Source: Clostridia bacterium (GTDB lineage: Bacteria > Bacillota > Clostridia > Oscillospirales > CAG-272). Taken from it: a stretch of 64,000 nt of DNA. Below the pieces are notes generated by a model. The model did no database searches and was not told the origin of the DNA. It saw only the letters and a program-made list of their open reading frames with translations. Location: contig JAGBFG010000025.1 of assembly GCA_017936565.1 (NCBI GenBank), positions 9,347 through 73,346 on the forward strand. Reading direction: 5' to 3'. Below, one piece after another: positions 1-9,611 of this stretch. Position 1 is the stretch's first letter, and each line of letters opens with the position of its first letter. Both the position numbers and the translations under genes were made by a program.

Positions 1-584
1 AAGAACGCAGTACCCAAGGAAGTCCACAGGGCAACCACGATACAAAGGGGCATAACCCAGTTCTCATTCTGGAAGAACAGGATCGGGGTATCAATGATAC
101 CCAAATCCAAAAGCGTTCCGTTTACCCAGCCGTAAGCATCGCCGGAGAACAAAATCGTCCAAACGATATAAACGGATCCGGAAATAGAGGGAGCGTAGAA
201 AATCAAGGTAACAACGGCACGGATTTTCGGCTCCAGCTCATTGATGAACCAAGCAACCAAGAAGGACAACAGATAAGAGGTAGGTCCTGTAATGGCTGCA
301 AAAATCAAGGTGTTTTTGCAGGCGATGATAAAAATATCATCTTCCAAAAACAAATGGATGTAGTTTTTCACGCCAACCCAAACAGGCGGCTCTAACATAT
401 TAAATTCAGTAAAGCTGAAAAATATGGAAAGAACAACAGGTAATACAGTAAAAACCCAAAACAGTAGAAAGAAGGGAGCGCACATCAAATAAGCGACTTT
501 GTTGCGTTTCATCTCTTTCCATGTCCATTGCGCCATTGTCATATCCTTGCGGGAAACAGGGCGCTTTACTTCATTCTGCGACAT
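1..584 (-). CDS. Carbohydrate ABC transporter permease (3' end runs off the window)
   Basis: Not in the ORF track; manual translation gives MSQNEVKRPVSRKDMTMAQWTWKEMKRNKVAYLMCAPFFLLFWVFTVLPVVLSIFFSFTEFNMLEPPVWVGVKNY..., typical of a MalF/UgpA-type permease. RBS AAAGGAG upstream; directly follows the solute-binding protein gene. Confidence 0.9.
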   Translation of the reverse strand, partial: MSQNEVKRPVSRKDMTMAQWTWKEMKRNKVAYLMCAPFFLLFWVFTVLPVVLSIFFSFTEFNMLEPPVWVGVKNYIHLFLEDDIFIIACKNTLIFAAITGPTSYLLSFLVAWFINELEPKIRAVVTLIFYAPSISGSVYIVWTILFSGDAYGWVNGTLLDLGIIDTPILFFQNENWVMPLCIVVALWTSLGTAF

Positions 585-622
585 GTACTTTTCTCCTTTT
601 CAAATGTTGAGTAGTGTTTGGA

Positions 623-3600
623 TTATTCGTTTGCTTCTTCTTTACGGACCTGGTCTGGCGTTAGACCTGCCGGAAGCGTCTTCAAACCAAACTCTTCCCT
701 CTTTCTTGTAATTTCCTGGTTAATGGCGCTGATATAGCTTTGCAATGCGTCAACAGGGGCCATGCCCTCGTTCTTCGCATCCAAGAAAGCAAATTGGGTA
801 TAACGAGTGATAATGTAACTTCCGGGATAGTTGGGAATTGCGGAAAGGTGATCAAACTGTTCGAGCAGACTGTCAAGCTCGGATGCGCTCCAAGAAAGCT
901 CATGCAGCGCTTGGATATTGGCAGTATCATACTTGGCGGCAGGACCAACCAAGGCAACCATTTCATTGCCGTACTGCGCCTGTCTGCTTCCGCCTGCTTG
1001 CCACTTCATATATTCCCAAGTAGCATCGACATTTTCACAGCCGTTCAGCATAACCGTTGCGGTAACGGTAACGAAGGAATCATTGTTCACCGTTCCGTCA
1101 TCGCGAATCATACCGGGGATGTTGGTGAATGCCCAAAGGCCGCGAATTTCGGTTGCAAATACCACCAAGGTGTTGTAGGTAGTGGCATAGTCTGCAATCA
1201 AGAGAGGAATTTCACCCGTTCTCAAACGGTTAGGACCGTCAAAGGTTACAGGGAAAGAATAGTCTGTATAGAGTCTTGTGCAGAATTGGAAGGAGTCAAG
1301 AGCGATATCCGTATCCAATCCGATTTGCGCGCCTGCGTATTCAGGATCGTCGGTATACTTCCAAAGGTTTCCGCCGAACTGATACAGGAACACGTTAATG
1401 GCAAAGGAATAGGTCAAGCCGATCTGCATGTTATTTGCCTGCAATGTAGGAATGGTGGATAACACATCGTCCCACGTTTTGGGAACGTCGATTTGCAGCT
1501 CCGCCAGAACGTCACGGCGGTAGAACATCATCTGCACGCTTGCCTTTTCGGGAAGACCGTACGTCTTGCCAAACAAGCTGATGGGAATCATCGTTGCAGC
1601 GTTAAAGGATATAGTAGAGGGGTCTACCTCATTTCCCTCTTCGTCAAAATAAACGGTTCTGCGCGCTACGATATTCCCTTCCTCGTCATAAACGGGAACG
1701 TCCGTCTGATAGGTTTCATATCCCAAAACCTCGGAATACCCATCCAAGCTTTCAATGCTCATAATGGCATTACGGATAGCGTAGTTGATGGTGGAAGCCG
1801 CGTCAAGTCCGATGTAGGCATCGGGTCCCTTCTTAGCCAAAACAGAGGGCAAGAGCGTCGTGGCGGTAACCAGCTTTAAGTTAACGGCAATATCGTGATT
1901 GGGGGTAAAATCGTTGTTGATCATATTACGCCAAATCTGCGACTGGTCACGTCCGTATGCAATCCAAACCTCAATGGTGGGAATGTCAGCATCGGCATCG
2001 GTAACACCCATTGCGTTATAATCTACAAAGAAGCTTGCGATGAAGGATGTAAATTCATACCAGAAGGACTGGAAGATGTTAGCGTTGGATTTAGGAAGCT
2101 TTGCATCGGGAGATTGGATCTGGTAGTAGTCAACCGTCAAGGATTGGGTCTTGGCGGTGTTGATCCAAGTACCGAGCGTACCGATATAGGATTTCAAGTT
2201 TTCAAGGTTGGGCGCGATTTCGTCCTCATAGCTACCCATACGCTCAAGCAAGCGGTATATGGTTTCAAGGGTTGCGATATTGGAGCCCGAGGTTCCGCAA
2301 ATGGTTTCCATATTGTCAGCCTGTTGTCTTAAAACAGTGGCTTGAATCAAAAGCTGACGAATGGTGGAAGGCATAACGCTGGAGAAGTTGTAATCGCGGT
2401 ATTCATCAGGGTCAGAGCCCGTCAATTTCAAAATTTCAAGATAGCAGTTGTTGATAACGGTCAAGGAATTTTCAATGGTTTCAAGGATGCTTGCCATATT
2501 ACCAAGACCGACTTCCATACAAAGCGTGTAGGTTACACCCTCTTCAAAATAGAAGGAAAGGGTGTCAGTACCGTCGTTCAGGGCGGCAACCTGCCAGCTG
2601 TTCTGGTAGTTAAAGCGGGTGTAGTAGCACTCCTCGTAGGGAACGCTGGGGGTTCCGTCAGCATAGCCGTAATATCCGTCGCTGCTTGCCAGCTTCACCA
2701 CACGGCTTGTAAACATACCCTGCAAAACGGTCTGCTTAAAGCGAGCTACAATATTATATATACCGCTTTCGGAAACGGTAAAGGTGTAGGAAGCCCACTG
2801 ACCGTTGGTAGAATAGCTGGAAGCGCCAATGGTATTGATTTTCTGAGAGAAGGAATCAATGGGGGCGGTCAAGCAAGAGGAACGGTCATTGGCAGGATAC
2901 ACAGCCGTATCGGAAACCTTGTCGGGCGTTTCGGCACGAATATAGGTAATTTCCGCGTCAGCAGAGGCATTGGTGTAGCCAGCGTTTGCCCATTCAGATT
3001 TGTAATCCTTTAAGGTTTTGAGCTCTTCCACGGGATAGAGGGTGATAGAGGTAACAATGAGAGTCTCTTTCGAGCCCACCAAGGAAATGGAGCGCTTCCC
3101 TTCCTTGAAGAAGAACTGGAACGCCTCGTTATAGAAGCCGTCCGTATCCGTGCATTCATATGTACGGGACTCAGCAACCTGGGTGATCTCCGCGCGAAGA
3201 TCGTTGCCGTTCACGTCGGTTTCAAAGGTGTTTTCTCCGTTTTCATCCTTTGCGGAATACTCGTACTTCCATACCTTTGAGAACGAAAGAGAACGCGCCT
3301 CGTCAAAAGGAACAATTCCGTCCAAATAAAGCTTGCGCTCAATGCTGGAGTTTTTGCCGGGGAGCGTGTAGTACTCAATGCGAATGCCGTAGAGCCCCGC
3401 GTCTTCCGCAGAGATATCGACAGTCCAAGTCACTTCTCCGACCTCAGGCAGAAAAAGCCCCTGCTCTCCATTCGGTAAATCATACGTGTAGGCATTCTTA
3501 CCGCTTACGGTATCCTTTTCCGCAAAGTTAAAAATGTCGATAGGAATTTCAACCTTGCCCTTGACAGCGCCGTCTTTTTTACAGCCCGCCAAATAGTTAC

Positions 3601-3748
3601 CGTAAGACTCCGCAGTCAGAGATGCTAAAATCTCCGAGTAAGAGTCTTCCTTGCTATCGGTTGCGGCAGAAGCGCTAACGCCTCCCATTCCTACCAGCAT
3701 ACCAACGGCAAGAAGAATCGCCACGATTCTTGTCCAACGTGTCTTCAT
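623..3748 (-). CDS. Large (~1040 aa) extracellular sugar solute-binding protein with N-terminal beta-sandwich/CBM-like domains
   Basis: Signal peptide MKTRWTRIVAILLAVGMLVGMGGVSASA; C-terminal SBP family-1 motifs (YGLPEK..MMFYRRDVL..VPKTWDD, ATWEYMKW). Start moved to the ATG at 3748 (RBS GAAGGAAG). Upstream of a permease. Confidence 0.85.
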   Translation of the reverse strand: MKTRWTRIVAILLAVGMLVGMGGVSASAATDSKEDSYSEILASLTAESYGNYLAGCKKDGAVKGKVEIPIDIFNFAEKDTVSGKNAYTYDLPNGEQGLFLPEVGEVTWTVDISAEDAGLYGIRIEYYTLPGKNSSIERKLYLDGIVPFDEARSLSFSKVWKYEYSAKDENGENTFETDVNGNDLRAEITQVAESRTYECTDTDGFYNEAFQFFFKEGKRSISLVGSKETLIVTSITLYPVEELKTLKDYKSEWANAGYTNASADAEITYIRAETPDKVSDTAVYPANDRSSCLTAPIDSFSQKINTIGASSYSTNGQWASYTFTVSESGIYNIVARFKQTVLQGMFTSRVVKLASSDGYYGYADGTPSVPYEECYYTRFNYQNSWQVAALNDGTDTLSFYFEEGVTYTLCMEVGLGNMASILETIENSLTVINNCYLEILKLTGSDPDEYRDYNFSSVMPSTIRQLLIQATVLRQQADNMETICGTSGSNIATLETIYRLLERMGSYEDEIAPNLENLKSYIGTLGTWINTAKTQSLTVDYYQIQSPDAKLPKSNANIFQSFWYEFTSFIASFFVDYNAMGVTDADADIPTIEVWIAYGRDQSQIWRNMINNDFTPNHDIAVNLKLVTATTLLPSVLAKKGPDAYIGLDAASTINYAIRNAIMSIESLDGYSEVLGYETYQTDVPVYDEEGNIVARRTVYFDEEGNEVDPSTISFNAATMIPISLFGKTYGLPEKASVQMMFYRRDVLAELQIDVPKTWDDVLSTIPTLQANNMQIGLTYSFAINVFLYQFGGNLWKYTDDPEYAGAQIGLDTDIALDSFQFCTRLYTDYSFPVTFDGPNRLRTGEIPLLIADYATTYNTLVVFATEIRGLWAFTNIPGMIRDDGTVNNDSFVTVTATVMLNGCENVDATWEYMKWQAGGSRQAQYGNEMVALVGPAAKYDTANIQALHELSWSASELDSLLEQFDHLSAIPNYPGSYIITRYTQFAFLDAKNEGMAPVDALQSYISAINQEITRKREEFGLKTLPAGLTPDQVRKEEANE

Positions 3749-3779
3749 GTAACATCTTCCTTCCAGAAATTTGTGGTTT

Positions 3780-3799
3780 TTGACAACGCGCGTTGACAT
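3780..3799. promoter_or_regulatory. Palindromic candidate operator in the leader of the sugar ABC operon
   Basis: TTGACAACGCGCGTTGACAT contains a perfect 12-bp palindromic core, CAACGCGCGTTG, between the promoter and the start codon. Confidence 0.5.
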
Positions 3800-3852
3800 A
3801 AAAATGGGTACAATTCACCCTTATTTATATAACGACGCATTATCTCCTTTAT

Positions 3853-3881
3853 ATAATATCATTTCTTTTCTTGCTTGTCAA
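3853..3881 (-). promoter_or_regulatory. Sigma-A promoter for the sugar ABC operon
   Basis: Minus strand TTGACA-17 nt-TATTAT with an extended -10 TG; very AT-rich upstream region. Confidence 0.7.
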
Positions 3882-4248
3882 GAAGCAAAAAAGTCTTTTT
3901 TTCGCTTGTTTATCTTGTTTTCTCGCCAAAAAAAGAAAAAAAGACGGTTTTTTTCCGTCTTTTTTGTTTGTTCTTCTTTTGTTCACATTGTATATGTAAT
4001 TATTAGTTACTTTTTAACGTCAAAAATATAGTCTGTTTATGCCACTTTTTGAAAAAGTTGTTTTCTTTTGTAATTTCAAGTTACTGTTTTTGGAAAAATT
4101 CCTGATTTTACCAATTTGTTTTCATTCGTTTTTATTGTCATTTTGCACAAATTTCGGGACTTTTTTTCTACACTATGGCAAATTGCACAAAAATGAGTCG
4201 TTTTTTTTGTTTTTGCTCTTTTTTACCATAAATCACCATAAAAATGGG

Positions 4249-5277
4249 TTATTTTCCCAGATATTCGATGATTCCGCCTGCCATTACGGTATCGCCCTTA
4301 TAAATCACGGCGGATTGCCCCTCGGTCAGCGCGTGAAGACCGTTCTTGGCGGTCAACACCCATTTGCTTTCCTTACAAGCAACAAAAACGGGCACTTCCT
4401 TTGCCAAATACCGTATTTTTACCGTCAGGTCGTTGCTCTTTTCCAATTCTTCCATTGAGGACGCGGAGCAAACGATGTCACGGATAGCGAAGGTATCTTG
4501 TGTGTCATTATGCGAGGACAGGTAAACGCGATGGGTGGCAGGATCAATTTTCTTGACAAAAAGGCGGGAAGTGGCGGCAATCCCCAAGCCCTTTCTCTGC
4601 CCCACGGTATAATGCAGGATTCCCTTATGCTTACCAAGAATTTCCCCGTTTTCGCCGATAAAATCCCCTTGCGGCATTTTGCCGTAGAGCCTTTCAATAT
4701 AATAGGTATACTTTTCATCTCGGATAAAGCAGATTTCCTGGCTTTCCTTTGCCTTAGCGGCGGTCAAGGCAATAGAATCCGCCCTCTTTTGCACCTCTTG
4801 CTTTTTTAGCTCTCCCAAGGGAAGCAACAGTTTTTCCAAAATCTCTTGGTCGGTCCGATACAAAAAATAAGACTGGTCCTTCCTTTCATCCAAGCCCTTC
4901 TGAATGGCAAAGCGGCTTCCTATTTTCGCGACACGGGCGTAATGCCCTGTGGCGATTTTGTCAAAGCCCCTCTCTATTGCCGTTTCATAAAGCAAGCGGA
5001 GCTTGACCTCGGCGTTACAACGAATGCAGGGGTTGGGCGTTCTGCCGTGGCAATACTCTTGGCAAAACTGAGAGATGATTTTTTCACGGAAAATTTCTTT
5101 ACAGTCTATTATATGAAGCGGTATGCCGATTTCATCCGCCGTTATTTGCGCTTTTTCCATCTCGGTAAAGTCGTGCATAACAAGAATGGCGCCTTCTACC
5201 TCATACCCTGCTTCTTTTAATAAGGCTGCGGCATAAGAGCTGTCAACACCGCCGCTCATTCCCAAAAGAATTTTCAT
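4249..5277 (-). CDS. mnmA: tRNA 2-thiouridylase MnmA
   Basis: MKILLGMSGGVDSS, GRTPNPCIRCN, IATGHYA, KDQSYFL, ESQEICF, YTVGQRKGLG. The extra N-terminus in the ORF track is only the antisense shadow of the ROK gene. Confidence 0.95.
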   Translation of the reverse strand: MKILLGMSGGVDSSYAAALLKEAGYEVEGAILVMHDFTEMEKAQITADEIGIPLHIIDCKEIFREKIISQFCQEYCHGRTPNPCIRCNAEVKLRLLYETAIERGFDKIATGHYARVAKIGSRFAIQKGLDERKDQSYFLYRTDQEILEKLLLPLGELKKQEVQKRADSIALTAAKAKESQEICFIRDEKYTYYIERLYGKMPQGDFIGENGEILGKHKGILHYTVGQRKGLGIAATSRLFVKKIDPATHRVYLSSHNDTQDTFAIRDIVCSASSMEELEKSNDLTVKIRYLAKEVPVFVACKESKWVLTAKNGLHALTEGQSAVIYKGDTVMAGGIIEYLGK

Positions 5278-5351
5278 ATATACTCCGTTCCGCCGCCCTT
5301 GCGGCATATATAAATCATAAGAAAAGTTTTCAAGGTTTTTGCAAAAAGGCA

Positions 5352-5380
5352 TTGACATTGCCGCGAAAACCAAGTATAAT
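5352..5380 (+). promoter_or_regulatory. Sigma-A promoter for the ROK kinase
   Basis: Perfect TTGACA-17 nt-TATAAT, followed by RBS AAAGGAG. Confidence 0.85.
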
Positions 5381-5415
5381 AAACCCAGTAAACAAACTAT
5401 AAAGGAGAACCTTTT

Positions 5416-6384
5416 ATGTATTATATCGGCGTTGACCTTGGCGGTACCAATATTGCGATTGGTATTGTCGATGAAAATTTCAAAATTGTTCTCAAGGGCA
5501 GCACGCCTACCTGCCCCAATCGCGAGGGTGAATTGATTATCAAGGATATGGCGCTTCTGGCTGAGCGCTTGTTGAAGGAAGCAGGCATTCCTCTTTCCGA
5601 GGTGGCTTACGTCGGCATCGCTTCTCCCGGCTCTGTTGATCCCGAGCAAGGAACCATTGAATATGCCAACAATCTTCCCTTCTCCCATTTTCCTATCGTA
5701 AAATATTTTCAGAAGTATCTTGCTGTTCCCAAAATTTATATTGAGAACGACGCAAACGCGGCGGCACTCGGCGAAGCCTTGGCAGGTGTTGCCAAGGGAA
5801 CACGCAATTCTATTATGATTACCCTTGGAACAGGTGTTGGCGGCGGTATCATCATTGACGGAAAGGTGTATTCCGGCTTTAACCACGCAGCAGGCGAGCT
5901 GGGTCACATTGTTATTCACCGTAACGGACGCTCCTGCTCTTGCGGCAGAAAGGGCTGCTGGGAAGCCTATTCCTCAGCTACCGCATTGACAGCCTTGACC
6001 AAGGAACGCATCGCCGCATGCAAGGAAAAGGGTATTTCCTCTCTGATGGTAAAGGAATTTGATGCAGGCGCCAGAATTTCTGCTCGTACGGCTTTTGCCG
6101 CTATGAAGCAGGGTGACGCTGAGGCAAAGGCAGTTGTGGATGAATATATCGCGCATCTGGCTTGCGGTATTTCCAATATGATCAACACCTTCCAGCCCGA
6201 GGTTCTCTCCATTGGCGGCGGTGTGAGCGGCGAAAAGGACAATTTGTTAAAGCCCTTGCTTGCTATTATCGATGGCGAACAGCATTTGTGCGACAACGAT
6301 AAAAAGACCAAAATTCTGATTGCGGAGCTTGGCAATGACGCGGGTATTATCGGCGCGGCTTGCTTGGGCAAACAAGGAAACTAA
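5416..6384 (+). CDS. ROK family sugar kinase (glucokinase-like)
   Basis: IGVDLGGTN, ENDANAAALGE, TLGTGVGGG, GELGH, CSCGRKGCWE zinc motif; no N-terminal HTH. Confidence 0.93.
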   Translation: MYYIGVDLGGTNIAIGIVDENFKIVLKGSTPTCPNREGELIIKDMALLAERLLKEAGIPLSEVAYVGIASPGSVDPEQGTIEYANNLPFSHFPIVKYFQKYLAVPKIYIENDANAAALGEALAGVAKGTRNSIMITLGTGVGGGIIIDGKVYSGFNHAAGELGHIVIHRNGRSCSCGRKGCWEAYSSATALTALTKERIAACKEKGISSLMVKEFDAGARISARTAFAAMKQGDAEAKAVVDEYIAHLACGISNMINTFQPEVLSIGGGVSGEKDNLLKPLLAIIDGEQHLCDNDKKTKILIAELGNDAGIIGAACLGKQGN

Positions 6385-6393
6385 ACGTATTAT

Positions 6394-6431
6394 ACGGCTG
6401 ATGCTGCGGCATCAGCCGTTTTTTTCTTTTT
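6394..6431 (+). terminator. Rho-independent terminator
   Basis: ACGGCTGATGC-tgcg-GCATCAGCCGT followed by a T-tract. Confidence 0.85.
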
Positions 6432-8400
6432 ATTCGTTTTCTTGCCCCTCAGAATTTACGTAGCGCTCGGCTTGGGTGGTAAACAAATGATAATACTCTT
6501 TCCCTTGCGCCATCAATTCCTTATGCGTTCCCATTTCGCTGATGCGCCCATCGTGCAATACCACGATTTTGTCCGCGCGGGTGGCGCTGGAAAGTCGGTG
6601 AGACACGAAAATGGAAATCTTCTCCTTTGAGAGCGCGGCAAAGCGGTTGAAAATCTCTTCCTCTGCCAACGGGTCAAGAGAGGCGGTGGGCTCGTCCAAA
6701 ATCAAGATATCGGAATTTTTATAAAAGGCGCGCGCAATGGATAATTTTTGCCATTGACCGATGGAAAGCTCCATTCCGTTATCCTCAAAATAGCGCATCA
6801 AGGGGGTATCATACCCTGCGGGTAACTCTTCAATGAAGGAAGCGGCGTTACCGAAAAGCGCCGCTTTTTCCAAGCGCTCGTCTTCCATAGGCGATCTTAC
6901 GTCGCCGTAATGAATGTTCTCCTTGACCGAAACGGCGTATTTTCCAAAATCCTGGAAAATGATACCGAAAAGCTCATAGAGCTTCTCAACATCGTATTCC
7001 TTGATATTCACTCCGTCTAAAAGAATTTCTCCCTCGGTTGGATCATATAGGCGGGTCAAAAGCTTTATTAAGGTGGTTTTTCCCGCGCCATTCAAGCCCA
7101 CGAGAACGACGTTTTCACCCGCTTGGATTTGGAAGGAAACGTCATCAATCACCTTGCGCTCTGTTCCCGGATACGCAAAGGAAACGTGGGAAAATTCTAT
7201 TGTATGAGAGGTATGGCGCGAAGGGATTTTCGGCTCACTTACCGAAGGAACGATGGCTCTTTTTTCCTGCATAAACACCATCATATTATCGATAAAGAGC
7301 GTTCCCTCATAGATAGAGGCGGTTGCCGCCACCAGAGTGGCAACGTAGGTCGCGATAGATCCAAGAGCCCCTGTATAAAGAGAATAATCTCCAATTTGCC
7401 CCGCTCCGTTCGCAACGCTGTATGCCACGTAAAGAAACACAGCGAAATGCGCTGCCAAGGAGAAGAAGGAGAAGAAAACCTGCCACAGCCCTTCCTTCAA
7501 AATCAGGCGCTTGATGCCCTTAAAATACCGCGCGAACACCTGCTTATAACGGGTAATAAAGGTATCGGAAAGACCCATAATGCGAATTTCCTTGGCCTTA
7601 TCCTTATCCACCATTAAGCCGGAAAAGTAATCCATTTGCCGTCTATCCTTGGAGCGACGGCGCATATAACGGAACTGCTTATGTCGGTATACGTAGGAAA
7701 CGATAGCGCCGGGCAGCGCCATAACGGCGATAAACACGGGGGCAAGCGGATGAAGGGTCACTAAAACCACCGCAAAGCCAACGATGCTGATAAGGGTGCT
7801 GATGACGTTGAAGGTAGAGCGCATAATGCCGATGGGGCGCATTCCCGCTTCCCTGTTGGCATTTTCTAATTTTTCGTAAAAGGAAGGGCGGTCAAAGCTT
7901 GCCAAATCTACCGTTTTGGCTTTTTCAATGATTTTGACCTTGATATGATTACAGACCATCTCCCCCGCGATATTGTTGACGATGGTAGACAAAAGATTCA
8001 AGATTTTGTGGATAAACCGATACGCGAAATATAAAAGCAAAATAACGAGAACCGTTTGGAACATGGGAGAGAAAACGCTCTCAATGGGCCTTTGTCCTGC
8101 CTTTACCGCGACAAGAATTTCCTCTGTGTGCAAGAGCTCCGAAACGGCATTGAGCAGGTCCTTTGAAATATAGGCGCCGACAACGGGCAAAAATCCGTCG
8201 CAAAGGCAGCAGAAGGTCATCAAAATCAAAACAAGGGGGCTCGCTTCCCACACCAGCCTTATGATATACGAGAAACGGCTGAAAAATTTGCCGATAAGCC
8301 GAAAAATATAGGAAGGGATTTGCTTGATGCTTTCAGGCTTTTCCACCGCTTGATATATTTGCTCTTCTTTTTCGGGGGGAAATGTTTTTTTCTCTGCCAT
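6430..8400 (-). CDS. ABC exporter, fused permease/ATP-binding protein
   Basis: N-terminal TM domain; Walker A GLNGAGKTT, signature LSIGQWQK, Walker B ILILDEPT, SHR. Confidence 0.93.
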   Translation of the reverse strand: MAEKKTFPPEKEEQIYQAVEKPESIKQIPSYIFRLIGKFFSRFSYIIRLVWEASPLVLILMTFCCLCDGFLPVVGAYISKDLLNAVSELLHTEEILVAVKAGQRPIESVFSPMFQTVLVILLLYFAYRFIHKILNLLSTIVNNIAGEMVCNHIKVKIIEKAKTVDLASFDRPSFYEKLENANREAGMRPIGIMRSTFNVISTLISIVGFAVVLVTLHPLAPVFIAVMALPGAIVSYVYRHKQFRYMRRRSKDRRQMDYFSGLMVDKDKAKEIRIMGLSDTFITRYKQVFARYFKGIKRLILKEGLWQVFFSFFSLAAHFAVFLYVAYSVANGAGQIGDYSLYTGALGSIATYVATLVAATASIYEGTLFIDNMMVFMQEKRAIVPSVSEPKIPSRHTSHTIEFSHVSFAYPGTERKVIDDVSFQIQAGENVVLVGLNGAGKTTLIKLLTRLYDPTEGEILLDGVNIKEYDVEKLYELFGIIFQDFGKYAVSVKENIHYGDVRSPMEDERLEKAALFGNAASFIEELPAGYDTPLMRYFEDNGMELSIGQWQKLSIARAFYKNSDILILDEPTASLDPLAEEEIFNRFAALSKEKISIFVSHRLSSATRADKIVVLHDGRISEMGTHKELMAQGKEYYHLFTTQAERYVNSEGQENE

Positions 8401-8442
8401 TGCTTAATAGCTTCCTTTCTGTTTCTCTTGATTTTATCCGTC

Positions 8443-8940
8443 TTATCCGTCCACAGTTCCGTGTGAAAGCAAGAACGCGCCGTTTTTAATTTCAATAATA
8501 CCGTAATGAAGCGCACCGTCCTTTTTTATCCCGATGCTTCCCGGGTTAAAGAGGGCTATTCTCTTTTCGCCTACCGCTTCATACGCCTCAAGGGCGTTGT
8601 GCGTATGCCCGAAGACAACGATGTCCGCTCCTAATTGCTTGGCTCTTTCCAAGGCGCGCGTTGTGCTGTGCTTTACGCCGTACAAATGACCGTGCGTCAG
8701 CAAAACGGAAACCCCTGCCACCTCAAAAAAATCCTCTTCGGGATATTCAAGAGAAGCGGTAAAGTCGCAATTCCCTCTTACCGCGCGCAAGGGTATAAGA
8801 GGAAACTCCATAGATAAAGAGATAGCGTCACCTATTCCGTCACCGCAAAAAAGCACCATAGCCACATCCTTATGGCTTTGCATAACCCGAAGCATCGGCG
8901 ACAGGTTGCGGTGTGAATCTGAAAAAACAAGAATTTCCAT
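8443..8940 (-). CDS. Metallophosphoesterase, YfcE/MJ0936 family
   Basis: SDSH, GD, GNCD, THGH, FGHTH, NPGS motifs; RBS AAGGAG before the ATG at 8940. Confidence 0.9.
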   Translation of the reverse strand: MEILVFSDSHRNLSPMLRVMQSHKDVAMVLFCGDGIGDAISLSMEFPLIPLRAVRGNCDFTASLEYPEEDFFEVAGVSVLLTHGHLYGVKHSTTRALERAKQLGADIVVFGHTHNALEAYEAVGEKRIALFNPGSIGIKKDGALHYGIIEIKNGAFLLSHGTVDG

Positions 8941-9039
8941 ATAAGCTCCTTTGGCGCCAAGGCGCAAGAATAACCGTTCTGTGTCACTTCTCCAAAAGAC
9001 GCATATACTGACAGCAAGACTACCGAAAGAGGTGATGAT

Positions 9040-9270
9040 ATGCAATTTAACCCGGAAGCCCTGCGGCAGCTGCTTGAACAAGATGATGTTGCGTTATGGA
9101 AGGCGCTCAGACGAATCGCCGCGGAAAACGGCATTGCCTTGCCGGAACGCCAACCAAGTCCCGCTGATATGCAAAAGCTGCGACAGACGTTAAAAGGGGC
9201 GTCTCAGAAATCCGTTGAGGAAGCGGCAAGCCTTATTCATACATACAAAAGGGGAAGAAATCCGTCATGA
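9040..9270 (+). CDS. Small hypothetical protein (76 aa)
   Basis: RBS GAGGTG; stop overlaps the next start (ATGA). Confidence 0.7.
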   Translation: MQFNPEALRQLLEQDDVALWKALRRIAAENGIALPERQPSPADMQKLRQTLKGASQKSVEEAASLIHTYKRGRNPS

Positions 9271-9611
9271 GCCAAAGCGAAATGCCTGACCTTTCCGGAC
9301 TTTTATCGGGACTTTTGAAAAATCCCGAGGCGCTTTCTATGCTGTCTTCCCTTTTGGGACAAATGCCGCCGCCAAAGCCCCCATCACACCAAGAAAAGCC
9401 ACCCTCGCTTCCCGCAAACGCACTTGCTTCTTCACCAAAGCAGGAAAATGCGCGCAAAGCGCTTTTATGTGCCTTAAAGCCCTTTTTGTCACCTGAACGG
9501 CAAAGGGCGATTGACCTTGTTTTAATGCTGCAAGACACCATGGAGCTCTTCCGCAAAGACAAAGAAAAGAAGGGGGAAGGTTATGTATACCCGTCGGTAC
9601 ACTCCGAATGA
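9267..9611 (+). CDS. Hypothetical protein (114 aa), Pro-rich linker plus ALL.ALKPFLSPERQ motif
   Basis: Translationally coupled to the upstream ORF; helical N- and C-terminal segments resembling small Clostridial hypothetical proteins. Confidence 0.75.
   Translation: MSQSEMPDLSGLLSGLLKNPEALSMLSSLLGQMPPPKPPSHQEKPPSLPANALASSPKQENARKALLCALKPFLSPERQRAIDLVLMLQDTMELFRKDKEKKGEGYVYPSVHSE

Noticed and set aside
3771-4458. Phe-rich ORFs 3771-4031 and 4039-4458
   Set aside because: Translations of T-rich intergenic/promoter DNA and of the mnmA antisense strand.
5385-5400. XylR/ROK-type operator half-site (TAAACAAACTA) before the ROK kinase
   Set aside because: No matching second half-site; too weak to call.
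5278-5919. Long N-terminal extension of MnmA (556-aa ORF)
   Set aside because: It is the antisense shadow of the ROK kinase and crosses that gene's promoter; MnmA begins at 5277.
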